A program made the position numbers and the translations under genes. A stretch of 64,000 nt of DNA from an uncultured Rhodospirillaceae bacterium (GTDB taxonomy: Bacteria; Pseudomonadota; Alphaproteobacteria; UBA9219): NCBI GenBank assembly GCA_964587125.1, contig CAZPKC010000003.1, positions 64,372 to 128,371 of the forward strand, written 5' to 3'. Positions 1-8,040 of this stretch are shown in pieces. Every line of letters starts with the position of its first letter. The stretch's first letter is position 1. The notes beneath the pieces were generated by a model that did no database searches, was not told the DNA's origin, and saw only the letters and a program-made list of their open reading frames with translations.

Positions 1-244
1 TCTCATGCATCCGCGCCTCATCGGCGTGAATTTCCCACGGCGCGAATAAGTCTCCCGGCCCGAAGGTCGGCGGCGCAAATTCGCGATGCCTGTCGGGCTG
101 AAACATGTCCGGAGGTCCCATCGGCGGATGCGGCATGTCGTGCGCGCTGAAACGCCCCAGAATAAAAGCGGCAAGGAAAATATTCGCGGCCACGGAAATA
201 AAAAGCGCGAGAGGACTTTTTTTATTCGAGGAACCATCGCTCAT
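1..244 (-). CDS. Partial small membrane-anchored Pro-rich protein; only the 5' part is in the window, which it runs off at position 1. Third gene of the ECF sigma/anti-sigma operon.
   Basis: ATG at 244-242 overlaps the anti-sigma stop as ATGA. Translation MSDGSSNKKSPLALFISVAANIFLAAFILGRFSAHDMPHPPMGPPDMF... shows one N-terminal TM helix then a Pro-rich region, with no stop before the window edge. Confidence 0.45.
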   Translation of the reverse strand, partial: MSDGSSNKKSPLALFISVAANIFLAAFILGRFSAHDMPHPPMGPPDMFQPDRHREFAPPTFGPGDLFAPWEIHADEARMHE

Positions 245-606
245 AGACTGACCTCCTTCCATGATTTAGGCCCAAAAATAATTCGGTTAAGATAAGTCGA
301 GCTGATCGAAGACACCTCCGACGGAACGGAAATGGGTTTTGACGCCGCCATCCCAAACGAACCGCTCCCGATCCAAAAACCCAAAACGGCAACCGCAGCC
401 AGCGCCGCCGCGTCCTGAACCCACTCTTCCGCCTTGAGGCGCGATAAAAAAGGCTGCGGACGATCCTGCGGCAAAAGCGAAGCCGCCGCCACGATTTTAT
501 CGAGCAAGGCTTTGCGCGAGGAATCGTCGGGATCGGCGACCTCATAATGCGCCAGCCACGAATCAACTTCATGATCCTGTTTTTGCCTCATCTTCATCCT
601 CCACAA
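241..606 (-). CDS. Anti-sigma factor with a single TM helix, partner of the upstream ECF sigma. The start could be 606, 597 or 591.
   Basis: It sits immediately downstream of the ECF sigma gene and overlaps it. The N-terminal region is cytoplasmic (HEVDSWLAHYEVADPDD), followed by a hydrophobic helix AALAAVAVLGFWIGSGSFG, which is typical anti-sigma architecture. Confidence 0.6.
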   Translation of the reverse strand: MWRMKMRQKQDHEVDSWLAHYEVADPDDSSRKALLDKIVAAASLLPQDRPQPFLSRLKAEEWVQDAAALAAVAVLGFWIGSGSFGMAASKPISVPSEVSSISSTYLNRIIFGPKSWKEVSL

Positions 607-1130
607 GATAATCTCTCAATTTTTGCTTGGCGCGAAACAAAAGCTGCTGATAAGCGCCAAGCGCCACGCCCATCGAATCCGCCGCGTCCTGATTGCTCAT
701 TTCCTCGTAGTAGTTCAGAACAACAGCCGCGCGTTGCCGGTCGGGCAATTGCTGCAACGCCGACTTAACGCGCTCGGAACGCTGTTTCTCGATCATAACG
801 TCCTCGGCCATCGGTTGTTCGTCGATGACCTCGTCCAATTCGTCCGTCATCGCGGGAAATACCTGACGCTTCCTGTCGAGACACGCATTCAACACAACCC
901 GGTAGAGCCACGTCGAAAATTTGGCCTGCGGTTTCCAGCGCGGCGCCTCCCTCCAAATTTTCAGGCATGTCTCTTGCATGACGTCCTCCGCATCCTGCCG
1001 GTTGCCGAGCATCCGCTCGGCAACCTTCACGCCTTTTATCAGATGTCTATTCACAAGTTCGCGATAGGCGCACATATCCCCCTGCGCCGTCCGTTGCAGC
1101 AAATCGAAATCGGATGATTGATCAATCAAT
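569..1130 (-). CDS. ECF (sigma-70 family group 4) RNA polymerase sigma factor. The true start is probably the TTG at 1130; the ORF-track extension to 1360 runs into a repeat and is an artefact.
   Basis: The sigma-70 region 2 motif DLLQRTAQGDMCAYRELVNRH and the region 4 HTH (LPDRQRAAVVLNYYEEMSNQDAADSMGVALGAYQQLL) are both present. The N-terminal 75 aa of the long ORF are encoded by repeat copy A. Confidence 0.85.
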
Positions 1131-1149
1131 GGTTTCCCTACCTTTAAAT

Positions 1150-1345
1150 CCCCATCCCGGAAATGTAATACCAACGGCTCCTTGAAGCGACTCGTATGGG
1201 TCACGAGCGGTTGCGTAAAGCCTGTCGCTCGCCGGACTGAAGAAACCGTTATAAACAATGCGATTAACCCGGCAAGCGACAGGCGAGGCGCAGAGCGAGT
1301 GATGTTAGACGGCAAGTCGGATTTTATGGGCCCGCTGGTATAACG
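1150..1345. repeat. Copy A of a ~150-190 nt GC-rich structured repeat, inverted relative to copy B at 37767-37960.
   Basis: The reverse complement of 1198-1345 aligns at about 90% identity with 37767-37911, and the similarity continues weakly for another ~40 nt. The shared core is ...GCGCCTCGCCTGTCGCTTGCCGGG...CAGTCCGGCGAGCGRCAGGC... Confidence 0.8.
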
Positions 1346-1519
1346 TATGTCTTGCGGCAAATCTTACGCTCATGCACGGCAGAAATTGCCGTTTACCCGG
1401 CAAATATTTCCTTAAAAATAGTCCGTAAGTTTTTGAAATGCAATACGTTCTACGTTTAGGGCGTGTCGAAGAGGCAGGATGCAAAAAAACCTCAACCCAA
1501 GCCCAGAAGGAGTCCCTCC

Positions 1520-2512
1520 ATGACATATGTTTCCAGCACAAGTTCATCGTCAGCGCAAATTGCCGCGATGCTTCAACAACTCGCCGCCGATCGCGCCGCC
1601 GCCGTGGCGGCTGCAAACGGTACCGCGAATACTACGGCATCTTCGACCAGTTCGTCATCGGCGGACTCGTCGAGTTCCACCTCAAGCTCCGCATTGACAG
1701 GCAATCCGTCCTTGAACCAAACGTTGATGTCTTACTTGTTCAACCTGAACACGACGTCGGCAACAAGTACGGCGACGGCCAGTTCGTCATCGACGGATAC
1801 CTCGACCAGCGCTTCGTTGACGTCGTCCATCGACGAGCTTTTTAGCTCGATCGACACCAACGGCGACGGAACGATCAGCGAATCGGAGTTCGCCGCAGCG
1901 GAAAGTTCTTCCGGACTGTCCACGTCCCAAGTCGACTCACTTTATAGTTCGCTCGACACCAGCGGCACCGGAATCACAAAAAGCGAATTTGAGAGCGCGG
2001 TATCCGATGCCGTCGATTCCGCCCCTCCCATGCCCCCGCCCCCTCCGCCGATGGCCGGGAACGCATCGAGTTCGACTTCCGACACGACGCTCAGTTCGAC
2101 GTTGCAAACAATCGATTCGGACGTTGAACAATTGGCCAGTTATCTTGACTCGTTGTCTTCTTCCAGCACAACAAGCTCAACGGCAAGCGCTTCTTCTTCG
2201 AGTTCAAGCACGGACTCATCTACTTTGAGCTCGCTCATGTCGGAGATTAACGCCGATGTCCAACAACTGGTGAGCGATCTGAGCGCGGCATCCACAACCA
2301 GCACCGATGGCTCGACCACGACAAGCACGGCGACTTCAACGGCCGCTGGCGCTTCATCCACGGCCAGCGCCGATGCCGCGTCAACGGCAAGCAGCGCCAG
2401 CACGGTGACAACCGATGTGGCGACCCTCCTGAAAGCGATAGATTCTTATCTGTTATCCTCGCTTCAGGAAGAAAACGGCAGCGCGGGCACGGCCTCGACT
2501 TCCGTGGTTTAA
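1520..2512 (+). CDS. Highly acidic Ser/Thr-rich low-complexity protein with an EF-hand pair (one canonical loop, one degenerate) and a poly-Pro segment.
   Basis: RBS GAAGGAG lies 7 nt upstream of ATG 1520. The loop DTNGDGTISESE at 1851-1886 fits the EF-hand consensus D-x-[DNS]-x-[DNS]-G-x-I-x-x-x-E, and the second loop DTSGTGITKSEFE is degenerate. The protein also carries PPMPPPPPPM and repeated amphipathic QQL/EQL motifs. Confidence 0.75.
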   Translation: MTYVSSTSSSSAQIAAMLQQLAADRAAAVAAANGTANTTASSTSSSSADSSSSTSSSALTGNPSLNQTLMSYLFNLNTTSATSTATASSSSTDTSTSASLTSSIDELFSSIDTNGDGTISESEFAAAESSSGLSTSQVDSLYSSLDTSGTGITKSEFESAVSDAVDSAPPMPPPPPPMAGNASSSTSDTTLSSTLQTIDSDVEQLASYLDSLSSSSTTSSTASASSSSSSTDSSTLSSLMSEINADVQQLVSDLSAASTTSTDGSTTTSTATSTAAGASSTASADAASTASSASTVTTDVATLLKAIDSYLLSSLQEENGSAGTASTSVV

Positions 2513-2515
2513 AGC

Positions 2516-2585
2516 GAGGCGGAGGGCGAAGGAACGGCTTTCATAGGCCTGTTCCTCCGCTTCCGTTCCCTTTCTTCTTTTTTTA
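2516..2585 (+). terminator. Rho-independent terminator after the Ser/Thr-rich gene.
   Basis: A GC-rich hairpin (GGAACGG...CCGTTCC nested with GCGGAGG...CCTCCGC) is followed by CTTTCTTCTTTTTTT. Confidence 0.6.
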
Positions 2586-2745
2586 CATGAAGTTCTCTTT
2601 CCCGCAGCAAACCCCTGTTTCGATTCACAAATTGAATCGCGCGATTCAGGCGCAAATTTATTTGCAAAGACTCTTGCGAATCAAATCACTCTGACTCACA
2701 CTTGCCTTTCATGATTCTTCAGCTTTCTCCGTTAGGGGGTTTTCC

Positions 2746-3192
2746 GTGGCCGCTCAATTGCAATCTCTCGAGTTATGGCGTCATGCGTTTGTTGCCAGCG
2801 TCCGTGGCGATGCGCCGGATCTTTCCGCCCGCCAGATGGCCTTAATGCTTTCCGTATACTTGGGCGACGGCCCGCATACTGTCCGAGGTTTAGCCTTGGC
2901 TCTTAAAATATCGAAGCCTGCCGTTAGCCGCGCGCTCGACCGTTTGGGCGAGCTTGGCTACATCCGCCGCCAGCGCGACGATCTCGATCACCGCAATGTT
3001 CTGGTCCAAAAAACAAAGGGGGGCGCCGATTTTCTGACAGGCTTCTCCCACCTTATCGATGCGGCCAAGGAATACGTTGCAGCAATTCCCGCGCGGCTTA
3101 TCGAATTCGCTGTCGAAGCTGAGCCTGTCGCCTCGATCGGTACGGGAATTGCGCCTGCAGCCGGAATGTGGGCTCGCGACGCCGCCGAATGA
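2746..3192 (+). CDS. MarR-family transcriptional regulator.
   Basis: The winged-HTH core LSARQMALMLSVY...LALALKISKPAVSRALDRLGELGYIRRQRDDLDHRNVLVQKT is present. Palindromes upstream (CGATTCA-N5-TGAATCG at 2621-2639; GCAAAT-TT-ATTTGC at 2655-2668) are plausible operators. Confidence 0.8.
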   Translation: MAAQLQSLELWRHAFVASVRGDAPDLSARQMALMLSVYLGDGPHTVRGLALALKISKPAVSRALDRLGELGYIRRQRDDLDHRNVLVQKTKGGADFLTGFSHLIDAAKEYVAAIPARLIEFAVEAEPVASIGTGIAPAAGMWARDAAE

Positions 3193-4046
3193 CTCTAGAT
3201 TCACGAATTAACGCTTACCGCCCCGATCTCGCGGATGTGTCTTTGCGCGACTCCGTCAAGGCCGAAGCTTACGTCGAACCGGCCATGCGCCAGTGCCTGT
3301 GCGGCGTTTTGCCGATGCTGGAATCCCCCAAAGAGGACGCGCAACAGATCAGCCAAATCCGTTATGGCGAGTTCATGGACGTTTTCGAATTCCGCAAAGA
3401 CGGCTTTTTGTGGGTTCAAAACCGCTCCGACCGTTATGTCGGTTATATACCAGATACGGGAAACTTGGGCGAATCCATCGCCATGATGTCCAATAGAGTC
3501 ACGGCGTTACGAACCTTTGTTTATCCAAAACCGGATATTAAATCGCCGCCCGTCGATGAACTGACGCTGGGATCTTTCGTCAGCATCGCAGGCAAAAAAA
3601 ACAGGTTTCTCGAATTGGCGAACGGCGGCGGGTTTATTTTCGAAGGGCACGTAATGGCGACCGAGTTTGCCAATACTGACGATTACGTTTTCACCGCCGG
3701 ACGTTTGCTGCACACGCCCTATTTATGGGGCGGAAGGACGCCGAAGGGAATCGATTGTTCGGGCCTTGTGCAACTGGCTTTGGAAATGGCGGGAATCGAC
3801 GCGCCACGCGACAGCGCATTGCAATGCGCGGCTTTTTGCAAGCCTTTGGACACGCATTGGCGCGACAGGACATGGCGGCGCGGCGACATCGTTTTCCTTA
3901 CCGATCCCGCCAACCATATCGGCATCATGACCGACAGCGAGCATATCATCCACGCCAACGCCTCTTTTTCGATGGATGTGACGGTAGAGCCCTTACGTGA
4001 TCTCGTCGAGCGCGGGAAAGAGGTTATCGCGGCGGGAAGGCCTTAA
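3189..4046 (+). CDS. NlpC/P60 (C40) family cell-wall peptidase.
   Basis: The catalytic Cys motif GIDCSGLVQ and a downstream His (HIGIM) are present. ATG 3189 overlaps the MarR stop as ATGA, indicating translational coupling. Confidence 0.85.
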   Translation: MTLDSRINAYRPDLADVSLRDSVKAEAYVEPAMRQCLCGVLPMLESPKEDAQQISQIRYGEFMDVFEFRKDGFLWVQNRSDRYVGYIPDTGNLGESIAMMSNRVTALRTFVYPKPDIKSPPVDELTLGSFVSIAGKKNRFLELANGGGFIFEGHVMATEFANTDDYVFTAGRLLHTPYLWGGRTPKGIDCSGLVQLALEMAGIDAPRDSALQCAAFCKPLDTHWRDRTWRRGDIVFLTDPANHIGIMTDSEHIIHANASFSMDVTVEPLRDLVERGKEVIAAGRP

Positions 4047-4049
4047 AAC

Positions 4050-4709
4050 CTACTCAGCGGCGGTTTCGGGTTCCGTTTCTTCGCTGATCCACGCCGAAAA
4101 ATCGTCATCTTCGTCCGAAGTTCCGGCATCGGCTTTATCTTCGGACTCGCGCGGCATATCCGACAAAACAGGGCGCGCGTCGAGAAGTCCGGCAGCTTTC
4201 AGTTCGTCGAGGCCGGGCAAATCTTTTAAAGACTCCAGATTGAAGTGGCTGAGAAAATCCGGCGTCGTATGCCACGTCAAAGGACGCCCCGGCGTGTCGC
4301 GCCTTTTGCCCGGACGGATCCAGCCGAGTTCGAGCAGAATGTCGAGGGTGCCCCTGCTCGTTTCGACGCCGCGGATGCTTTCGATGTCGGCGCGCGTGAC
4401 CGGCTGATGATAGGCGATGATCGCCAGAACTTCAGCGGCAGCGCGCGGCAGTTTACGGCGTGGCTGGCGCGTGATTTTCATGTGAGGACTGATGTCGGGC
4501 GCGGTGCGGAAGCTCCATTCTCCGTCAATTTCAACCAAATTGACGCCGCGACCTTCATAATGCGTTTTTAAATCGCGAAGCAGTTCCGAAATGTCCGTCC
4601 CTTCGCCGAATTGGCGGGAGAGCAAATCGGCAGTCACAGGCTCGGCGCTTGCGAATATCACGGCTTCCAGAAGGCGGAGTTCGGGGGAAAGATCAGGGAT
4701 TTCAGTCAT
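4050..4709 (-). CDS. scpB: Segregation and condensation protein B.
   Basis: The ScpB winged-helix tandem (LLEAVIFASAEPVT..., AEVLAIIAYHQPVTRADIESIRG) and an acidic C-terminal tail are present. It overlaps scpA by 4 nt. Confidence 0.9.
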   Translation of the reverse strand: MTEIPDLSPELRLLEAVIFASAEPVTADLLSRQFGEGTDISELLRDLKTHYEGRGVNLVEIDGEWSFRTAPDISPHMKITRQPRRKLPRAAAEVLAIIAYHQPVTRADIESIRGVETSRGTLDILLELGWIRPGKRRDTPGRPLTWHTTPDFLSHFNLESLKDLPGLDELKAAGLLDARPVLSDMPRESEDKADAGTSDEDDDFSAWISEETEPETAAE

Positions 4710-5530
4710 TGTTCGCTCACGGGGTTTTCGTTTTGTTTTTTGCGCGGACGCAAATAAATCTGGGCAAAGGTTCCATCCTGACGGAGTTCGAGTTCGCCGT
4801 TCTTCACGAGTTCGAGCGTCGCGGCGAATGTGGAGGCAAGCGCGGAACGAACTTCCAGAATCTCTTCCGCCGCCACGATATCGGGCAGATAATTTTGAAG
4901 CATTCCCCAGCTCGGCATCATGCCGAGCAAATGCCGCAAGCGCGACACGCTTTCTTCAAGACCGTAAAGGCGTGTGTGTCCGATGCTGTAGGTTTCAGGC
5001 TTGCGGCGGCGCGACGGAGCCGAAAGCGCCGTCAGCAAATCCTGAATTGGGAGAAAATAAACTGGTTTTTCCTCGATTTCGACGGGTTCGGGAATTCCGC
5101 GCAGGAAAATGTCGGATCCCAGTTGCGGCCTGTCCTGAATTTTCCGCGCCGAGAGTTGCATCGCCTCAAGCCGCAGCAGTTGGAACCGGAGAGCCTCGGC
5201 CATCGCGGCGGGATCATCCTCGTTGGGTTGGCGTTCCGGCTCGGGCAGCAAAAGACGCGATTTCAAAAAGGCCAGCCATGCGGCCATGACGAGATAATCG
5301 GCTGCAACTTCGAGATGCAAGCGGCGCGCTTCCGCAATATAATTCAGATATTGCTCGGCCAGCGGCAAAATTGCGAGTTTGCACAAATCGACTTTCTGCT
5401 CGCGCGCAAGCGACAGCAAAAGGTCGATGGGCCCCTCGAATCCATCAAGGGAAACCACCAAATCGGCGGTTTCGCTGATCCGATCGAACGGACTGTCTTC
5501 GGTTTCGGAATCCATAGTCTTACTATCCAA
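4706..5530 (-). CDS. scpA: Segregation and condensation protein A.
   Basis: The ScpA kleisin motifs (FEGPIDLLLSLAREQKVDLCKLAILPLAEQY) are present, immediately upstream of scpB. Confidence 0.9.
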   Translation of the reverse strand: MDSKTMDSETEDSPFDRISETADLVVSLDGFEGPIDLLLSLAREQKVDLCKLAILPLAEQYLNYIAEARRLHLEVAADYLVMAAWLAFLKSRLLLPEPERQPNEDDPAAMAEALRFQLLRLEAMQLSARKIQDRPQLGSDIFLRGIPEPVEIEEKPVYFLPIQDLLTALSAPSRRRKPETYSIGHTRLYGLEESVSRLRHLLGMMPSWGMLQNYLPDIVAAEEILEVRSALASTFAATLELVKNGELELRQDGTFAQIYLRPRKKQNENPVSEQ

Positions 5531-5673
5531 GAATCAAAGGATTAAGTCGAAAAGGTATGAAAATCCCGATACAAACGCCACAACTTCCGCAAAATTAAAA
5601 TGAGGATTGTTTTTAGGAGTTGGAACGAACAAAAATCATGCTAAAACAAGGCGCTTTGTTAAGGACTTAAAGT

Positions 5674-7020
5674 ATGCCCGTCAATGTTCGCATCGCACCC
5701 TCGCCCACCGGATTGCTGCATATAGGCAATATTCGCGCGGCTTTGTTTAATTACTTATTCGCAAAAAAGCACGGCGGAACTTTTATGCTGCGGCTGGACG
5801 ATACCGACCGCGAGCGTTCGACCGATGCGTTCGCCGACGCGATTAAACGCGACCTGACGTGGCTGGGGCTGGCGTGGGATACGTTTGGACGGCAATCCGA
5901 CCGCCGCGCGCGTTATTCGGAAATTCTGGAACAGTTGAAAAAATCGGGGCGCGTCTATCCCTGCTACGAAACGCAAGCCGAACTCGATCTCAAACGCAAG
6001 ACGCAACTGGGACGCGGGTTGCCGCCCGTCTACGACCGCGCCGCGTTAAACTTGTCCGAGGCGGATCGCAAAGATTTAGAAGGGCGGGGACGAAAAGCTC
6101 ATTGGCGCTTTAAACTCGATCATGCCGACGTTGCATGGGATGATTTGGTTCAGGGACATAAATCCCTCCATGGCTCCGCTATTTCCGATCCGGTTCTGGT
6201 GCGCGAAGACGGCGTGCCGCTTTACACATTCTGCTCGGTCGTAGACGATATTGACGATAAGACCACGCATGTCATCCGCGGCGAAGACCATGTCACCAAT
6301 ACCGCCGTGCAAATCCAGATTTGGCAAGCGATTACGCAAACGCCGACGCCGGTCTTCGCGCACTTTCCCCTTATCGTCAGCGCGGCCGGAATCGAAATGA
6401 GCAAGCGCCTCGGCACGCTTTCCATCGCCAGCATGCGCGATGAAATGGGGATCGAGCCGATGGCGATCAACGCCCTGCTCGCCAAGCTCGGCACATCGGA
6501 CGCGATTGCGCCGCGCTTGACGCTCGGCGAACTGGCGAAAGAATTCGATATCGGCAAAATCTCCCACGCGACCCCGAAATTCGATTTGGAAGAATTGAAG
6601 GCGCTGAACGCGAAAATTTTGCATCTCACGCCTTTTTCGGCTGTGCGTTCGCGGTTGGAAGCGATGGGTCTTTCAAACCTCGACGAAAATTTCTGGAACG
6701 CCACGCGCGCCAATATCATGACGCTCGGCGATGTCCATACATGGGCCGAGGTGGTTTACGGTTCGATTACGCCCGTCATCAGCGATGCCGATTTTTTAAA
6801 ACAGGCTGCTGACGTTCTTCCCCCATCGCCGTGGAACGATCAGACGTGGCACGCGTGGACCGAAAAAGTGAAAGCCGAGACGGGACGCAAAGGCAAAGAT
6901 TTGTTCATGCCCCTGCGCCTCGCGTTGACAACCTTCGACCACGGACCGGAAATGAAATTTTTGCTTCCCCTTATCGGCGAAGAAAAAACGAAAGCCAGAT
7001 TGTCGGGACAAAACGCCTGA
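5674..7020 (+). CDS. gltX: Glutamate--tRNA ligase.
   Basis: Class I aaRS signature motifs PSPTGLLHIGN and KMSKR are present in a 448-aa protein. Confidence 0.9.
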   Translation: MPVNVRIAPSPTGLLHIGNIRAALFNYLFAKKHGGTFMLRLDDTDRERSTDAFADAIKRDLTWLGLAWDTFGRQSDRRARYSEILEQLKKSGRVYPCYETQAELDLKRKTQLGRGLPPVYDRAALNLSEADRKDLEGRGRKAHWRFKLDHADVAWDDLVQGHKSLHGSAISDPVLVREDGVPLYTFCSVVDDIDDKTTHVIRGEDHVTNTAVQIQIWQAITQTPTPVFAHFPLIVSAAGIEMSKRLGTLSIASMRDEMGIEPMAINALLAKLGTSDAIAPRLTLGELAKEFDIGKISHATPKFDLEELKALNAKILHLTPFSAVRSRLEAMGLSNLDENFWNATRANIMTLGDVHTWAEVVYGSITPVISDADFLKQAADVLPPSPWNDQTWHAWTEKVKAETGRKGKDLFMPLRLALTTFDHGPEMKFLLPLIGEEKTKARLSGQNA

Positions 7021-7311
7021 TCGACTCATAGTGTCCCGTGTGGAACTGACTCGCCCACCTCTTAAAAGAATTGTCGTAATTTGGATTAACACGCATCGAT
7101 TGTGATGATTTCCGATTCAATTTCTATTCCTAGAGTATCGTTTTTTTATTAGTTATGCCTTTGAACATCCCTTCATTTTTACTGCAACCATTGCCTTAAT
7201 TGATCGTTTCTGCATACAATCGTATTGGAAATATGTTTTATTTGAAGATTTCTGGAAATTTAATCGGAATTACTGTATATATTATCTACAACCTATGCGG
7301 GAGTTCCCGAC

Positions 7312-7881
7312 GTGCCCGACTCTGTTACAAAGTATTCTCACGCGCGCATTCTTGTGGTCGATGACAGCGTTTTCGATCGCCGCCTGATTTCGATTGCCCT
7401 GAAAAAAGCGGGCTTTAATACGATCATAGCCGCCGACGATGGCGCCGAAGCAATCCAGAAAACCTATGACCTTTTGCCGGATATCGTTCTTCTCGATTTA
7501 AGCATGCCTAACCTCGACGGCTTCGGTTACTGCGAAATGGTGCGCAACGACGACACATTGCCGCATATGCCGATTATCGTGCAAACTTCCATGAAAAATC
7601 GCCAGTCGTGGTTGCATGCTTTGTCTTGCGGCGCCGATGACTTCCTGACAAAACCTTTGGATATGACAGAATTAACTTTGCGCATATGCGTGCATGTCGA
7701 ACATTATTTCATGCTGCGCGACTTGGAAAATATGTGCGACTACTTGAAGATGGAGTTGGAGCTTTCCCAAAACCTGCGCATGGATATTGAAAAATCTGAA
7801 TTATCCTCCATGAAAAAAAATATGCTGAACAGGCATTACGAGGTTTTGGAGCAGATTGTTCGCTCTTCTTCTTATCGTTAA
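7312..7881 (+). CDS. Single-domain response regulator (CheY-like receiver) with a ~70-aa C-terminal coiled-coil extension.
   Basis: It uses a GTG start. Receiver-domain landmarks are VVDD, the phospho-acceptor D in VLLDLSMP, T in VQTS and K in LTKP. The C-terminus is rich in heptad-like L/E/K residues. Confidence 0.8.
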   Translation: MPDSVTKYSHARILVVDDSVFDRRLISIALKKAGFNTIIAADDGAEAIQKTYDLLPDIVLLDLSMPNLDGFGYCEMVRNDDTLPHMPIIVQTSMKNRQSWLHALSCGADDFLTKPLDMTELTLRICVHVEHYFMLRDLENMCDYLKMELELSQNLRMDIEKSELSSMKKNMLNRHYEVLEQIVRSSSYR

Positions 7882-8040
7882 AACCCCGCCGTAAAAAAAT
7901 TACGCTTCGGCAAGCAAAAAACTTGATATGGTTAACAAGAATCATGGTATGGATAATTTGCTTGATTCGCCAATGGGTTACGTTCGTATGTCAAGTTGTA
8001 TTCATTCATTCGACGCAACTTCCAAGAGAGGGAGATAACC

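Noticed and set aside
569-1360. A 263-aa version of the ECF sigma ORF with a 75-aa N-terminal extension.
   Set aside because: The extension is encoded by repeat copy A. Its near-identical translation appears in the non-coding copy B. The sigma-70 region 2 starts right after the TTG at 1130, so the longer ORF is an artefact.
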